A program made the translations under genes and the position numbers. 64,000 nt of DNA from a virus, in the IMG/VR virus record IMGVR_UViG_3300028196_000007, positions 1 to 64,000 of that record; one strand, given 5' to 3'. The stretch's first letter is position 1; each line of letters begins with the position of its first letter. This document shows positions 22,562 through 32,574 of this stretch, piece by piece. The notes beneath the pieces are model-generated. The model was given only the letters and a program-made list of their open reading frames with translations. It searched no databases and was not told the origin of the DNA.

Positions 22562-23053
22562 TTAACAATAAGTCCACGGCTTATTTCCATTCTCCATAAA
22601 CCTATGAAGAGATGTTATCTTAACATATATTTTTCCAGGCCTATATTTTGGCCAACAAGCTATAAGTGCAGACATAACCATCATATAAGTCTGGTTGTCA
22701 TAGCAGAAATTGTTATCGAAGTTTTGACTTCTTACAAAAACATGCAGGTCTATCTTTCCATCTCTTGCTATTGCCTGTATTGTAGAAAGACATGCTGCTA
22801 AATCTGGATTATCTTGATAAGCTTTATGAAGTACACACTGTCTAGACTCTATGCCTTTTGTTTCGCATATCTGAAGTATGTCTTCTATAATCTCGTTTCT
22901 TTCAATCTCATCGCCTTCTAAAGCAGGAGGTATTTTTTTATCCATAAAGTCTGAATCGACCTCTACCTCGTAATTAAAATTGTATACTTCTCTATACGTG
23001 CCACTGTCTTGTTTGCTTAACAGGCTTTCTATTTTCTGTGCTATTTTCTTCAT
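22562..23053 (-). CDS. Minimal thymidylate-synthase-fold enzyme, dCMP-modifying type
   Basis: LAACLSTIQ (catalytic Cys), L...RSQN.......D, SLH; Asp at the Asn177-equivalent position. Confidence 0.72.
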   Translation of the reverse strand: MKKIAQKIESLLSKQDSGTYREVYNFNYEVEVDSDFMDKKIPPALEGDEIERNEIIEDILQICETKGIESRQCVLHKAYQDNPDLAACLSTIQAIARDGKIDLHVFVRSQNFDNNFCYDNQTYMMVMSALIACWPKYRPGKIYVKITSLHRFMENGNKPWTYC

Positions 23054-24056
23054 AATGCTTTGCTATCGATAAATATGTTTTTGTTATACCTTCTGCTGAA
23101 TTCATTGCATTTGCAGACAGATTGTAATGTTGATATAATTTATAAAAGTTTTCTGATTTCCCATTGTGTCTTGCAAGATAGTCACCTTCTGGAATTAAAT
23201 TTATGTGTTCTGTTAAATCGTTGCATTGTGTAATTTCTTGAATAAGGTATAAGTAATTTTCAAATGGCATTGGCTTATCTTTACTTATAATAAAGTCTTT
23301 ACCCCAACCATTATCCATCATAAGTATAGTCAAAAACATATCAGCGAAATATTCATATCTCATATAGTCTTTTTCTATTGAAGGGTCAAGTAATACATCA
23401 AGTTTGCCATTTTTGTTAAGTGGAGACAATGTATAAGGTATGTTGTTCTTACTACAATATACTTTTTCTGTTATCTTTCTTATCATAGACGAGTTATCGA
23501 ATGGTGCGTCACCATAAATAAACACAGGCTTTATTACCATCATTTTTTCGAAGTCCATAGCCTGTTTTACAGCAAGCTCACCTGAATACTTTGAAAGACC
23601 ATATAGTGTTTTTGGGTCTATAGGTGCTGTTTCATTAAACTCTCCATTGTTCTTCATGTATTCATCAGGATTGAATACGGCTGTAGTAGAAAAGTATATC
23701 ATTTTACAACCAACACTGCTTGCTATGTTAATAAGATTTTGAGTACTTATAATATTTGAGTTAACAGCTTCGTATGAAAAGTCATCGCACTTATCTGTAT
23801 TCACATAAGCAGCAGTGTGAATTATAATATCGTCTTCAGTAAGTCTTGATGCTACCTTGTCTAGTACATCAGTATCTGTAACATCTACCTCTTTTGATTT
23901 CACAAGCTTTCCGTTTAAATAACTAAAGTCATTTGTATATTCTGCTAAATCAGAATTGTCCATTACCTCAAATCTTTCTGTCCCGCTTTCTTCCAACGCT
24001 TTAATTATAGAGGTTGCTAGCATTCCACTTTCACCTGTTATAAATAATTTTCTCAT
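22992..24056 (-). CDS. RmlD-like NAD(P)-dependent NDP-sugar reductase/epimerase (extended SDR)
   Basis: ITGxxGML, IHTAAYVNTDKC, YFST..VF, YGLSK..GE. Confidence 0.82.
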   Translation of the reverse strand: MRKLFITGESGMLATSIIKALEESGTERFEVMDNSDLAEYTNDFSYLNGKLVKSKEVDVTDTDVLDKVASRLTEDDIIIHTAAYVNTDKCDDFSYEAVNSNIISTQNLINIASSVGCKMIYFSTTAVFNPDEYMKNNGEFNETAPIDPKTLYGLSKYSGELAVKQAMDFEKMMVIKPVFIYGDAPFDNSSMIRKITEKVYCSKNNIPYTLSPLNKNGKLDVLLDPSIEKDYMRYEYFADMFLTILMMDNGWGKDFIISKDKPMPFENYLYLIQEITQCNDLTEHINLIPEGDYLARHNGKSENFYKLYQHYNLSANAMNSAEGITKTYLSIAKHYEENSTENRKPVKQTRQWHV

Positions 24057-24475
24057 AATTTCTCCTGTATTTTTTCTGCTGATTGTGACACTGTATCTTT
24101 TGTCGTATCTATTCTTTTTATATCCATTCCATAGAAATTTTCTGCAATTTCAAGTACATGGTAAAACACTCTTCTGTGTTCTTTCCAATCTCTTATATCC
24201 AAATCTTTTTCATCGTGCTTTACAAATCTTTCTTTAACAAGCTCAAAAGAACAGTCGATAAAATAAAACTCTTCACCTCTACTGTAAGCTTCTTTCCACA
24301 ATGAAAACCACTTGTCTTCATCTATGTCTCTATTATATAATCTAGAGTACACTATTTGTGATAAAAAAGACCTGACATAAACTAGCGCGTTTCCTTCTGC
24401 GTTGCTTACAACCTGTCTTCTTATAGAATCTTTTCCTGTTTTATCAGGTCCATCTATGTGTATTATTTTTGCCAT
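24053..24475 (-). CDS. dNMP/thymidylate kinase-like protein
   Basis: IDGPDKTGKD P-loop, RSFLSQIVY, IDT. Confidence 0.78.
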   Translation of the reverse strand: MAKIIHIDGPDKTGKDSIRRQVVSNAEGNALVYVRSFLSQIVYSRLYNRDIDEDKWFSLWKEAYSRGEEFYFIDCSFELVKERFVKHDEKDLDIRDWKEHRRVFYHVLEIAENFYGMDIKRIDTTKDTVSQSAEKIQEKL

Positions 24476-24843
24476 ATTTTCATTTTAGTTGATATATAAG
24501 TTAGCTGTTCTGTTTCTACCTTTCCAAATATAAGTACTTTGTTATATACAAGTATATCGAATTCATTTTCTCTATGTAAACCAAATACATCATCTGCAAC
24601 TTTAGTAGGTTCGAAATCTCTGTTTAAATCTTGTAGAGGTATGCAGCATAAGAATTCTCGTTCGTCATCTTTTTCTAATGAATATCCCCAATTGTCTCCT
24701 ATAAAAGACTTTGTTTTTATTCTATCCTCTACCAAAGATTCCCAAAACTTAATTTCTTGTTTTGCAGCTGGATTCTCGTAGAAGCAATAAGTTAACTTAA
24801 CTTCCTGTACTACCAAATCCTCCATCTCCTCTACTTGTATCAC
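24463..24843 (-). CDS. Hypothetical protein (start uncertain)
   Basis: ORF filling the gap between dUTPase and kinase. Confidence 0.55.
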   Translation of the reverse strand: MIQVEEMEDLVVQEVKLTYCFYENPAAKQEIKFWESLVEDRIKTKSFIGDNWGYSLEKDDEREFLCCIPLQDLNRDFEPTKVADDVFGLHRENEFDILVYNKVLIFGKVETEQLTYISTKMKIWQK

Positions 24844-25258
24844 TTAACTCATCAACTTCTTTAAATTCAAAATTAGGCACAGGCATGATAATAATCTGAC
24901 CTACTCTATCACCTGGTGAATATCTTGAAATGTCTGTTGAACAACCTGATTTTTTAAATCTTAACTTTACAGGGCCTCTGTAACCTGAGTCAACTACTCC
25001 GACACAGTTTGCTAGCATTAGATCTGTTTTTGATACAGAGCTTCGCGGGAATAGATAACCTACATATCCTTCAGGTATTTCCATAGCCAAGCCTGTATCG
25101 TATTCGATATACTTAACTTCTTTTGATGTATAACCTTCTTTATCGTCACTATATTTTATCTTCATTGACACTGATGTTAAATCCATACCTGCATCGCCTT
25201 GCTTTGCATATTTTGGTATTACCGCTGTTGGGTCTAATTTTTTTATATTAATCTTCAT
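24797..25258 (-). CDS. dut: Trimeric dUTPase
   Basis: AGMDL, PRSS, GVVDSGYRG, GDRVGQ, RGDGGFGSTG. Confidence 0.95.
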   Translation of the reverse strand: MKINIKKLDPTAVIPKYAKQGDAGMDLTSVSMKIKYSDDKEGYTSKEVKYIEYDTGLAMEIPEGYVGYLFPRSSVSKTDLMLANCVGVVDSGYRGPVKLRFKKSGCSTDISRYSPGDRVGQIIIMPVPNFEFKEVDELSDTSRGDGGFGSTGS

Positions 25259-26186
25259 TGTGAATAACCTCTATTATATTTCCGTTAATTGTTTTAATTC
25301 CTTCGTTTAGTTTTCTATCAAGTGTTTTCTGTGAGTATATACCTAAGTTCTTTCTTAGGAACACTTTGAATCCACTGTCATGAAGCTTGTTTGCATTTTG
25401 TATATCATCATCTATACAGAAAGCTACTTTATCTGTATCAAAGTTATTGATAATATATTTTTCTTTTTCTTCATCAAATACAATAGCATCATAACAAATA
25501 TTGTTATCAGCCAACCACTTTATTGTATCTGAATATATTCTAAAGTATTTCTTGTATGGTCTTGCTGTAAGCAATACTACATTATATTCTTCACATGTCT
25601 TCTTCATAAAAGATTCTACACCTGACAATACTTTAAGTTTAGCTTTAATACCGCAAGTTCTATATTCAGACTTAATTTTGTATTGCTCTTTTTTGTCAAC
25701 CTGACTTTTGAATTCAGCAAGAGATTTATACCCTGCCCATTCTAAAAAACCACCTGGCCAATCGGCAAGTACTCCATCGATATCAATAAAAGCTATTTGC
25801 TTATCTGAAGCCTTAATTCTATCCATTACTTCTTCTTGATTGAACTTTGCTTCAACAACTTTTGATTTATCTATAAATTTTTCATACAAATCATCTACAC
25901 CAAAACCATTTAATTGTATAATACCAAATAAGTATTTTAGTACATCAACACATTCTTCTAATACATTGTCGTTAATATCTTCTGTATTTTTAGAAGTGTG
26001 CATTTTCCAATCTATCTCATCGAGTACTTCATATACCTCTTTAGACAGCGCTAGAACGTACTCCTTGTTCCATTTAATCTTAAGTTCTTTATCCTCCATC
26101 ACCTCATTTAACGATAAACCTTGTTTTTCGAAAAATTTATTAGTAAATTCTTTTTGTATCTTAAATACTTCTTTTAATCTATCCAT
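25248..26186 (-). CDS. Fusion: all-alpha NTP pyrophosphatase (dCTPase/dUTPase, MazG-like) plus HAD 5'(3')-deoxyribonucleotidase
   Basis: ExxEVLDEIDWK..EECVD; IDIDGVLAD, LTAR, IDDD. Confidence 0.82.
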   Translation of the reverse strand: MDRLKEVFKIQKEFTNKFFEKQGLSLNEVMEDKELKIKWNKEYVLALSKEVYEVLDEIDWKMHTSKNTEDINDNVLEECVDVLKYLFGIIQLNGFGVDDLYEKFIDKSKVVEAKFNQEEVMDRIKASDKQIAFIDIDGVLADWPGGFLEWAGYKSLAEFKSQVDKKEQYKIKSEYRTCGIKAKLKVLSGVESFMKKTCEEYNVVLLTARPYKKYFRIYSDTIKWLADNNICYDAIVFDEEKEKYIINNFDTDKVAFCIDDDIQNANKLHDSGFKVFLRKNLGIYSQKTLDRKLNEGIKTINGNIIEVIHNED

Positions 26187-27118
26187 TCTTTCACCCTGTC
26201 TAATACTTCGTTAGCTTTTATTTTATGATTCCATTCTGCAAATCTACCTAACAAAGTGATTCCTTTTATTTCATTGATTTTTTGGCTTTTCTCTATCTGT
26301 ATAGGTAAATCCTCAAACTTCATTTCTATTTTATTTCCTTCGATGCTGTCACCTTCTATAGGCTTAACAGATTCGTATACAATATAATCTTTAAAATATG
26401 TACATCTTGTCCAGTCTGCATGTATTGAATATATGTAGTCATATGTTAATGAAGGATGCTTACTATCCATAGCCTCAGGTACTGTAAATCCATAACTACA
26501 TTTATAAAAAGATTTTTTGCTTGTTGAAAAATCAAATCCTAGTTTTGTACATTCGTTATCAACATCTGCGCATATCTTTCTTAATATGTTTATATTTAAA
26601 GTATTTATTATATTACCATATTCTAATGTTGAGCCATTTGCTAACTCTAATTGGCTCAAGGTTGTGTCAATTGATTTTACAGATGTTTTTATTAACTGAC
26701 CTCTTTCTTCTATAATACTAAGTAGTCTCGTAAATATTTCTTTATAGCTATCTTCACCCAACTCATCAACTTCGCAATGCATGATTTCTGTCTTACCTTC
26801 TGACAAATGACTGCCTTCGCCTTCATTGCCTCTTGTTCTCATGCTGTATTTCTTTTTAAAGTTTTCGTCAGGTGAATCATACACACCTTCTTTTTCATGA
26901 TAACCTATAACACACTTTTCAATTTTTAATTCTAAATCATTTGCAACTTCCTTTACAAACCATTTCATGTTTGGATTTGACTGCAAAAGTCTAGGGCCTG
27001 GTATAAACGGCATGTTTAATTGACCTAAAGGTTTTTCGTCTATAACCTTATAGTCTTTATTAAAATATGCAGCTATCAAACCTGCTGGTCCTGCTCCTAA
27101 TATGTAATTTTGTTTCAT
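26174..27118 (-). CDS. FAD-dependent oxidoreductase, UDP-galactopyranose-mutase/PPO-like
   Basis: ILGAGPAGL, GPR, C-terminal LLGRFAEW. Confidence 0.72.
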   Translation of the reverse strand: MKQNYILGAGPAGLIAAYFNKDYKVIDEKPLGQLNMPFIPGPRLLQSNPNMKWFVKEVANDLELKIEKCVIGYHEKEGVYDSPDENFKKKYSMRTRGNEGEGSHLSEGKTEIMHCEVDELGEDSYKEIFTRLLSIIEERGQLIKTSVKSIDTTLSQLELANGSTLEYGNIINTLNINILRKICADVDNECTKLGFDFSTSKKSFYKCSYGFTVPEAMDSKHPSLTYDYIYSIHADWTRCTYFKDYIVYESVKPIEGDSIEGNKIEMKFEDLPIQIEKSQKINEIKGITLLGRFAEWNHKIKANEVLDRVKEWID

Positions 27119-27204
27119 CTGTAACCTTTTTATTTATATATAATATAACAAATTTTTACGACATATAATACATTTTATAGTATAATTGTTGTATCCAATC
27201 TTCT

Positions 27205-29064
27205 CTAATTGATTTCACAACTACCTCCTGCACATGCTAGCTCACCAGATAGATTTGTATTATCTTCAATTTCTATAACATTTGATAAATCTACATCTGT
27301 TAGTACCTTCATCATCTCGTTGTATTTTTCTTTAGTAATATCTTCGAATGGAGCTTGAGTATATGTTCCGCCATCATAAGGTAGAACTGATAGGCCATTG
27401 TAGTATTTTCTATTAAGCCACATCCATTCTCCTGCTAAATCCCATTCGTTTTCTTTCAAGCTAATCGTTGCAGAAACGTTATGTGTGTTACTGCCATTTC
27501 TATGTCCTGGTACTACCCATTCAGTTGCAACTTTCTTAACTCTTTCAAGTGTGTTAAATGGAGATTCTGTTCTTAATATCGAACCTTCAGGTGATTTTTG
27601 AGGTACTTGAATAACTGCAGTATCATGTGGTCTAAAATATTCATCTTCAACTAACTCTGGATGGTTTGTTTTTAGATGTTGGTATATTGACTCGTTTTTG
27701 CCAACTCGAATTCTACGTACATAGTATTCATTGTGCCATGCATGAATACCTGAACTTGTACCTAAAACTAAACTTGTAGTACCTGCTGGCTTTACAGTCG
27801 TTGTTCTAGCTGATTTGTTTATTCCGATAATTTTAGCAACTCGAGTATTCTCTCTCTTAACTAAACTTGCTGCTTTTTTCATATCATATCCAAGTACTAC
27901 ACCTGAACCAATACCTGTCATACTTACACCAATCAACGCATCCTTTTCTGTTGTTTCTCTCCAAACATCTCGCAAATAATGAAAATCTGTATACCCTGCC
28001 TGTAAAGTTCCAACAAACGCAGCAGCCTTAACTCTTTCGTTTAAATCTTCTTGTGATTCTATATTAGAAACATTTACTTCACAAAGATTACAGAACTGAT
28101 TTGGTCTTAATGCTATTTCACAACAAGGATTGGTTCCCCAATCTTTATCGTTATTAAAGTATATACCTGGTTCACCAGCACCTGAAAGCTCTACTCTTTT
28201 CCATAGGTCCATAAAGAATTCTTGAGTTATTTTATGTCTCATTAGACAAGCTGAATTGTTCGCTCTACCTCTTTGTGGATTTGTTTCCCACCAGTTACCG
28301 CTTTTACAACTAATCATTTCGTCATCATCAGCATTGAATAAACTAATAAGTGCGGCTCTTCTAATACCGCCAGCCAATACAGCATCAGCAATGTGGCAAA
28401 TAATATCATGAGCTTCCAATGTAGTTAGTCTTTCTCCAGCCTGCTTAGTCTCCAATATTCCTGTAAGTTTAAGAATACATTCTTTTAATGGCTGAGGTCC
28501 TGGAGCTTTACCACCAGAAGTAACTAGCATAGAACCTTTAGGTCTTACATCTGAATAATCAAATTCTATATTACTTCCACCACCATTCATATATGATTTC
28601 ATAAGAACTTTGATAGCGTCAGCCCAACCTTCAATAGAATCACCTACTAAAAATCTTCTCTTTCTTTTCGGCCAAGGTTTTTGTATTACAGGTAGCTTGT
28701 TTACGTGATGTCTTTGTACTGAGTATCCAACTCCAGTACCACCTAGTAATAAAAACATAGTTTCACTAAAAGCGTCAACGCAATCGATTGGAAGATACGC
28801 ACAGTTGTAAATTCTGTTTGGAGATATCTCAATAGGTTTTCCACCAAATTGTAAACTACGCATTGACGGTAGTATTTTTTTATCATACACTAATTTATAT
28901 TTTTCTTCAATCTCATCTTTTAACATCGGGAATTTCTTTTGGTGCATTTTTTTATTACGAGTCACCAACTCTTCCCACGTCTCTCTTCTGTTTAAATCTG
29001 TCGCATACTTTGCGTATTTCATATAAACTGTAATTTCCGATAATATTTGATTTGATATTTCCAT
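27205..29064 (-). CDS. nrdJ: Class II (B12-dependent, monomeric RTPR-type) ribonucleotide reductase
   Basis: RETWEE, YNC, GGTGVG, RRAALI, TNPCCEI, VKPAGT, C-terminal CAGGSC. Confidence 0.92.
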   Translation of the reverse strand: MEISNQILSEITVYMKYAKYATDLNRRETWEELVTRNKKMHQKKFPMLKDEIEEKYKLVYDKKILPSMRSLQFGGKPIEISPNRIYNCAYLPIDCVDAFSETMFLLLGGTGVGYSVQRHHVNKLPVIQKPWPKRKRRFLVGDSIEGWADAIKVLMKSYMNGGGSNIEFDYSDVRPKGSMLVTSGGKAPGPQPLKECILKLTGILETKQAGERLTTLEAHDIICHIADAVLAGGIRRAALISLFNADDDEMISCKSGNWWETNPQRGRANNSACLMRHKITQEFFMDLWKRVELSGAGEPGIYFNNDKDWGTNPCCEIALRPNQFCNLCEVNVSNIESQEDLNERVKAAAFVGTLQAGYTDFHYLRDVWRETTEKDALIGVSMTGIGSGVVLGYDMKKAASLVKRENTRVAKIIGINKSARTTTVKPAGTTSLVLGTSSGIHAWHNEYYVRRIRVGKNESIYQHLKTNHPELVEDEYFRPHDTAVIQVPQKSPEGSILRTESPFNTLERVKKVATEWVVPGHRNGSNTHNVSATISLKENEWDLAGEWMWLNRKYYNGLSVLPYDGGTYTQAPFEDITKEKYNEMMKVLTDVDLSNVIEIEDNTNLSGELACAGGSCEIN

Positions 29065-29098
29065 TTTCTTCCCTTTATTTTTAAGTGTTCTGACTTAT

Positions 29099-29120
29099 AA
29101 TGCCAACAGCTGTTGGCATT
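29099..29120. repeat. Perfect 22-bp palindrome in the nrdJ leader
   Basis: AATGCCAACAGCTGTTGGCATT is self-complementary. Confidence 0.9.
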
Positions 29121-29135
29121 GCTAGTATAAATATA

Positions 29136-30485
29136 TTAGTCATCAAGTTCTTCGAACCTCTTTTTCATTTCTTTTCTTAAATATTCTTGATGGTTACTCA
29201 TCTGAGTTGTTAGCTCTTTACCTGTAACTGAGTTTTCATCAAATATGTTAAAGTTACCGTTGTTTGTATTTATCTGACTTGGAAAAGTTATACCATCAGG
29301 CCCAAATCTATTTTTGATAACATGTATTCTACCTGTGCCTCCAACTTTATCTTCTATCTTTCTAGATAATGACATTACAAAATCTGCTGTCATAATCTTT
29401 GAATATGATTCTGCAATCTTGTCTGCCTGGATTACATCTTCCTGAAGTGCAGATCTGTTTGCTTGTGATGCTGTCCAAACTGGCACATCTAAAGTACCTG
29501 CAAGACCTCTTAGTTCTTCATAAATATTACCTAGCTCTAACCTATAGTCTTTTTGTCCGCCGTTACCTCTTAATAAATCTGCATAATCCAAAATTACCAT
29601 ATCAGGTTCTTTACCTAGCATTCTGTACCTTTCGACATGAGAAGCTATTGTTGATATAGCAGCTGTTTTTGTTGGATAGTATTTTACAATTAAATTACCT
29701 GGTATCTTTTCAACTGTTTCCTTTACAGAATCGATATTATATTTAAGCTCTTGGTTTGCAATTCCTGTTATAACTGAATCGTATCTTAATCCAACATAAG
29801 CTTCGTTTAATTCGAGTGTATAGTGTAGTACATTCTTACCTTGTTTGATAACATTTGCACCTAAGTTAACAAGCAGAAACGATTTACCAATTCCAGCTGG
29901 TGCAACAACAACTCCAAGCTCGCCTTTACCTAACCCGCCGTCCATAAGATTATCAATCACATCCCAGCCTGTAGGTAATATGTGTCTTGTTGCTTGGTTA
30001 TATCTTTCTTCTACCATTGCAACGTAATCATGGCCTACATTTCTTTCTGTACCTGCTGTCATTGCAGCATCAACCTTAGCTTTTATTGCGTCATATTTTC
30101 CTGATTTTAGTAATTCGACAGAGTCAATTATTGCATTCTTTAAAACTTTATTTTTACAAAAGTCCAATGTTTGCTTCATTACAAAATCTAGGTCTTGTGA
30201 GTCTACATATTTAAAAGTGTCCTTTACGTTAGCAACTATACTTTTCTTAAACACATCGTCAGTAATTTCAGATATCTTTACCTTTAATACCTCTGCTGTT
30301 GGCTGAGATTTATATTCCTTAAAATATTCTTTTATAACTGAAACCAAAAATTGATTTGATTCATTCTCAAAATATTCAGGTTGAAGTATATCGTCAATCT
30401 GTTGAAGAAACTGTTTGTCTTTTAGTAGACATGTTATAATTTTTATCTGGAATGTATAACCAAACTCGCTTAATCTATCACTCAT
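29136..30485 (-). CDS. Replicative helicase (DnaB/T4 gp41-like)
   Basis: APAGIGKS, TLE, LDYADL, TASQANR, KNRFG. Confidence 0.92.
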   Translation of the reverse strand: MSDRLSEFGYTFQIKIITCLLKDKQFLQQIDDILQPEYFENESNQFLVSVIKEYFKEYKSQPTAEVLKVKISEITDDVFKKSIVANVKDTFKYVDSQDLDFVMKQTLDFCKNKVLKNAIIDSVELLKSGKYDAIKAKVDAAMTAGTERNVGHDYVAMVEERYNQATRHILPTGWDVIDNLMDGGLGKGELGVVVAPAGIGKSFLLVNLGANVIKQGKNVLHYTLELNEAYVGLRYDSVITGIANQELKYNIDSVKETVEKIPGNLIVKYYPTKTAAISTIASHVERYRMLGKEPDMVILDYADLLRGNGGQKDYRLELGNIYEELRGLAGTLDVPVWTASQANRSALQEDVIQADKIAESYSKIMTADFVMSLSRKIEDKVGGTGRIHVIKNRFGPDGITFPSQINTNNGNFNIFDENSVTGKELTTQMSNHQEYLRKEMKKRFEELDD

Positions 30486-31524
30486 AACTTTTTGATGCCA
30501 TTGCTTCTAGGTGAGAAAAACATGTTTTTAGCCAAAGGTCTGGATTTCTAATTGCAGAGTTTGTCTTATCCTCTAACATGAGTTTCTGGAATTTATACTT
30601 TACTAATCTATTTATAGGTTTTCTAACTGCATCAATTATTCCTGATTTTATACTACCAGGAATGTCAACGTTGCTTAGTTGCATCAAATCATAGTTTAAC
30701 CTTATCATATCTTCACTATTTTTAATATCTGATATTACTTTTGAAGTGTCGTCTAAATCTTTTACATGACTAATCATTTCGTCCAAAGTAAGTTTTTTAT
30801 CTTCAAATAATATAGGAAGTTTTTTCTTTAATGTCTTTACACCTACACCTCTTATACCAGGAATATTATCCGATGCATCACCTTTCATAGTTCTATAAAG
30901 CAAGAAGTTGTGAGCAGGTATTTCAAAGTCATCATTTACTGTTTCTTTAAAATAGTATTTCTTTTTAGTAGGTGACCAAACTTGTACTCTATCATCAACA
31001 AGTTGTAGAAAGTCTTTGTCAGTTGACATTATATAGAAGTGACTTTCAGGATAAACTTGTTGTGACAAGTACGCCATAGCATCATCAGCTTCTATGTTTT
31101 CTGGTGCTATCACCGTAATTGGTAGAGTGTCAAGATACTGAGTTAATCTACGAATTTGATTTTTCATAGATATACTTTCATCTTCTTGATTGTGGAAGGA
31201 GTCTAGACGGGTTAACCGCTTTCTAACTTTTCTGTTTGCTTTGTACTCGGGAAAGAGTTTTCGCCTTTTACTAGAACCACCTTTACCATCAAAACATACA
31301 ATAACTCTTGTAGGCTTGATGTTTTTTATTGCGTAACCAATAGACTGCAGAAAACCCGTCATCCCTCCAATATGTATACCGTCTTCGTTCATACTAGGGT
31401 TGACGGCAAATGCCCTAATAAATGTGTTTAATCCATCAATCACGAGTATTCTATCGTCTGGTGACTGATTTACTGAATCATCTTTTTTTAGATTTTTCAG
31501 GATTTCTATATAACTTTGTTTCAT
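30478..31524 (-). CDS. 5'-3' exonuclease/flap endonuclease (T4 RNase H/Pol I N-terminal type)
   Basis: IDG, FDG, YKANR, EADD, STDKDFLQL, GDASDNIPG. Confidence 0.93.
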   Translation of the reverse strand: MKQSYIEILKNLKKDDSVNQSPDDRILVIDGLNTFIRAFAVNPSMNEDGIHIGGMTGFLQSIGYAIKNIKPTRVIVCFDGKGGSSKRRKLFPEYKANRKVRKRLTRLDSFHNQEDESISMKNQIRRLTQYLDTLPITVIAPENIEADDAMAYLSQQVYPESHFYIMSTDKDFLQLVDDRVQVWSPTKKKYYFKETVNDDFEIPAHNFLLYRTMKGDASDNIPGIRGVGVKTLKKKLPILFEDKKLTLDEMISHVKDLDDTSKVISDIKNSEDMIRLNYDLMQLSNVDIPGSIKSGIIDAVRKPINRLVKYKFQKLMLEDKTNSAIRNPDLWLKTCFSHLEAMASKSYE

Positions 31525-31563
31525 ATATCTAATATAATAAAAATATCCGACATATAAAAATAA

Positions 31564-31581
31564 TTAACGTACTAAGTAGGC
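31564..31581. repeat. 18-bp inverted repeat arm in the hsp20 3' UTR
   Basis: TTAACGTACTAAGTAGGC is the exact reverse complement of 32055-32072. Confidence 0.92.
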
Positions 31582-31587
31582 TGTTTG

Positions 31588-32022
31588 TTATTTTATTTCT
31601 ATAAACTTGGCTTTTGCCGTTTCGAATTTTGGAACTGTGATTTGTAATAAACCATTTTTCATTTCTGCATCCAGACTTGTTAAGTCAAAGTCCGGACTGA
31701 CCTTCCATCCCATATCAAAACTACGTCTTGCAATTCCTCTATGGATATAAGTTGGTGCTTCTTTATTTGATGGGTTTGATTCGACAGTAGGTTTTTTGTA
31801 GGTAACCTTTAAAGTGTTTCCTTCTACTAAAACGTGTATGTCGTCTTTTTCCAATCCAACACATGCGATATCAAAGCATAGTACTTCGTTGTCAACAAAT
31901 ACGTCAACCGGATAATCAGGCTTTGTATCCATTGCTGAACCAAATCCTACATTTGTGTCGAAAAAATTTTTGAATAATAAATCGGTAGAGAAGAGTCTCT
32001 CACCTAATAAGTGTCTTGTCAT
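31588..32022 (-). CDS. Small heat-shock protein (Hsp20/IbpA-like)
   Basis: YPVD, YIHRGIARRSF, AxMKNGLLxI. Confidence 0.9.
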   Translation of the reverse strand: MTRHLLGERLFSTDLLFKNFFDTNVGFGSAMDTKPDYPVDVFVDNEVLCFDIACVGLEKDDIHVLVEGNTLKVTYKKPTVESNPSNKEAPTYIHRGIARRSFDMGWKVSPDFDLTSLDAEMKNGLLQITVPKFETAKAKFIEIK

Positions 32023-32054
32023 AATAAATCTCCTTAAATAATTTTAATGTTATC

Positions 32055-32072
32055 GCCTACTTAGTACGTTAA
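32055..32072. repeat. 18-bp inverted repeat arm in the hsp20 5' UTR
   Basis: GCCTACTTAGTACGTTAA, 5 nt from the class B motif at 32077. Confidence 0.92.
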
Positions 32073-32099
32073 CATATATAAATATACAGCTGCTCAGTA

Positions 32100-32444
32100 T
32101 TATTTCTGATTCGCTATATGAAACATTTCTTCACCTGCTTTCCAGTAACTCCTTTTAGAGTCTTTGCATATTGCTATTGTATACTTAGACCTAACATCAG
32201 AAAGAGCTGCTTCAACAGCTTTACTATCTTTCAAGTCTCTAACTGTTATTGTAGTATACGTCTTAAATCTTCCTTTAGATTTAGATTTTTTACCATCATC
32301 TGACTCAGCTTGAGCTTTGTCTTTTATACCCTGGTCTATACCTCTTTGATAAGCTGATATTGATGTAGACTTTTTTGTTTTAGCCACTGGCTTTTGAGTG
32401 TCAACTGTTTGTTGGTTCTCTAAATGTACTGTCAATCTTTTCAT
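32100..32444 (-). CDS. Basic hypothetical protein
   Basis: 114 aa Lys-rich ORF. Confidence 0.6.
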   Translation of the reverse strand: MKRLTVHLENQQTVDTQKPVAKTKKSTSISAYQRGIDQGIKDKAQAESDDGKKSKSKGRFKTYTTITVRDLKDSKAVEAALSDVRSKYTIAICKDSKRSYWKAGEEMFHIANQK

Positions 32445-32574
32445 ATAATTTCTTTTTTTAGTTTAAAAATAAAGGCTCTTGGTTGGTTAAATAAATCTTT
32501 ACCATAGTGAGGATTTTTAACTCTTAACATTCTGCACCACGTGAAGGTGGCCTTTGTTAGCAGAACTAGGTGCT

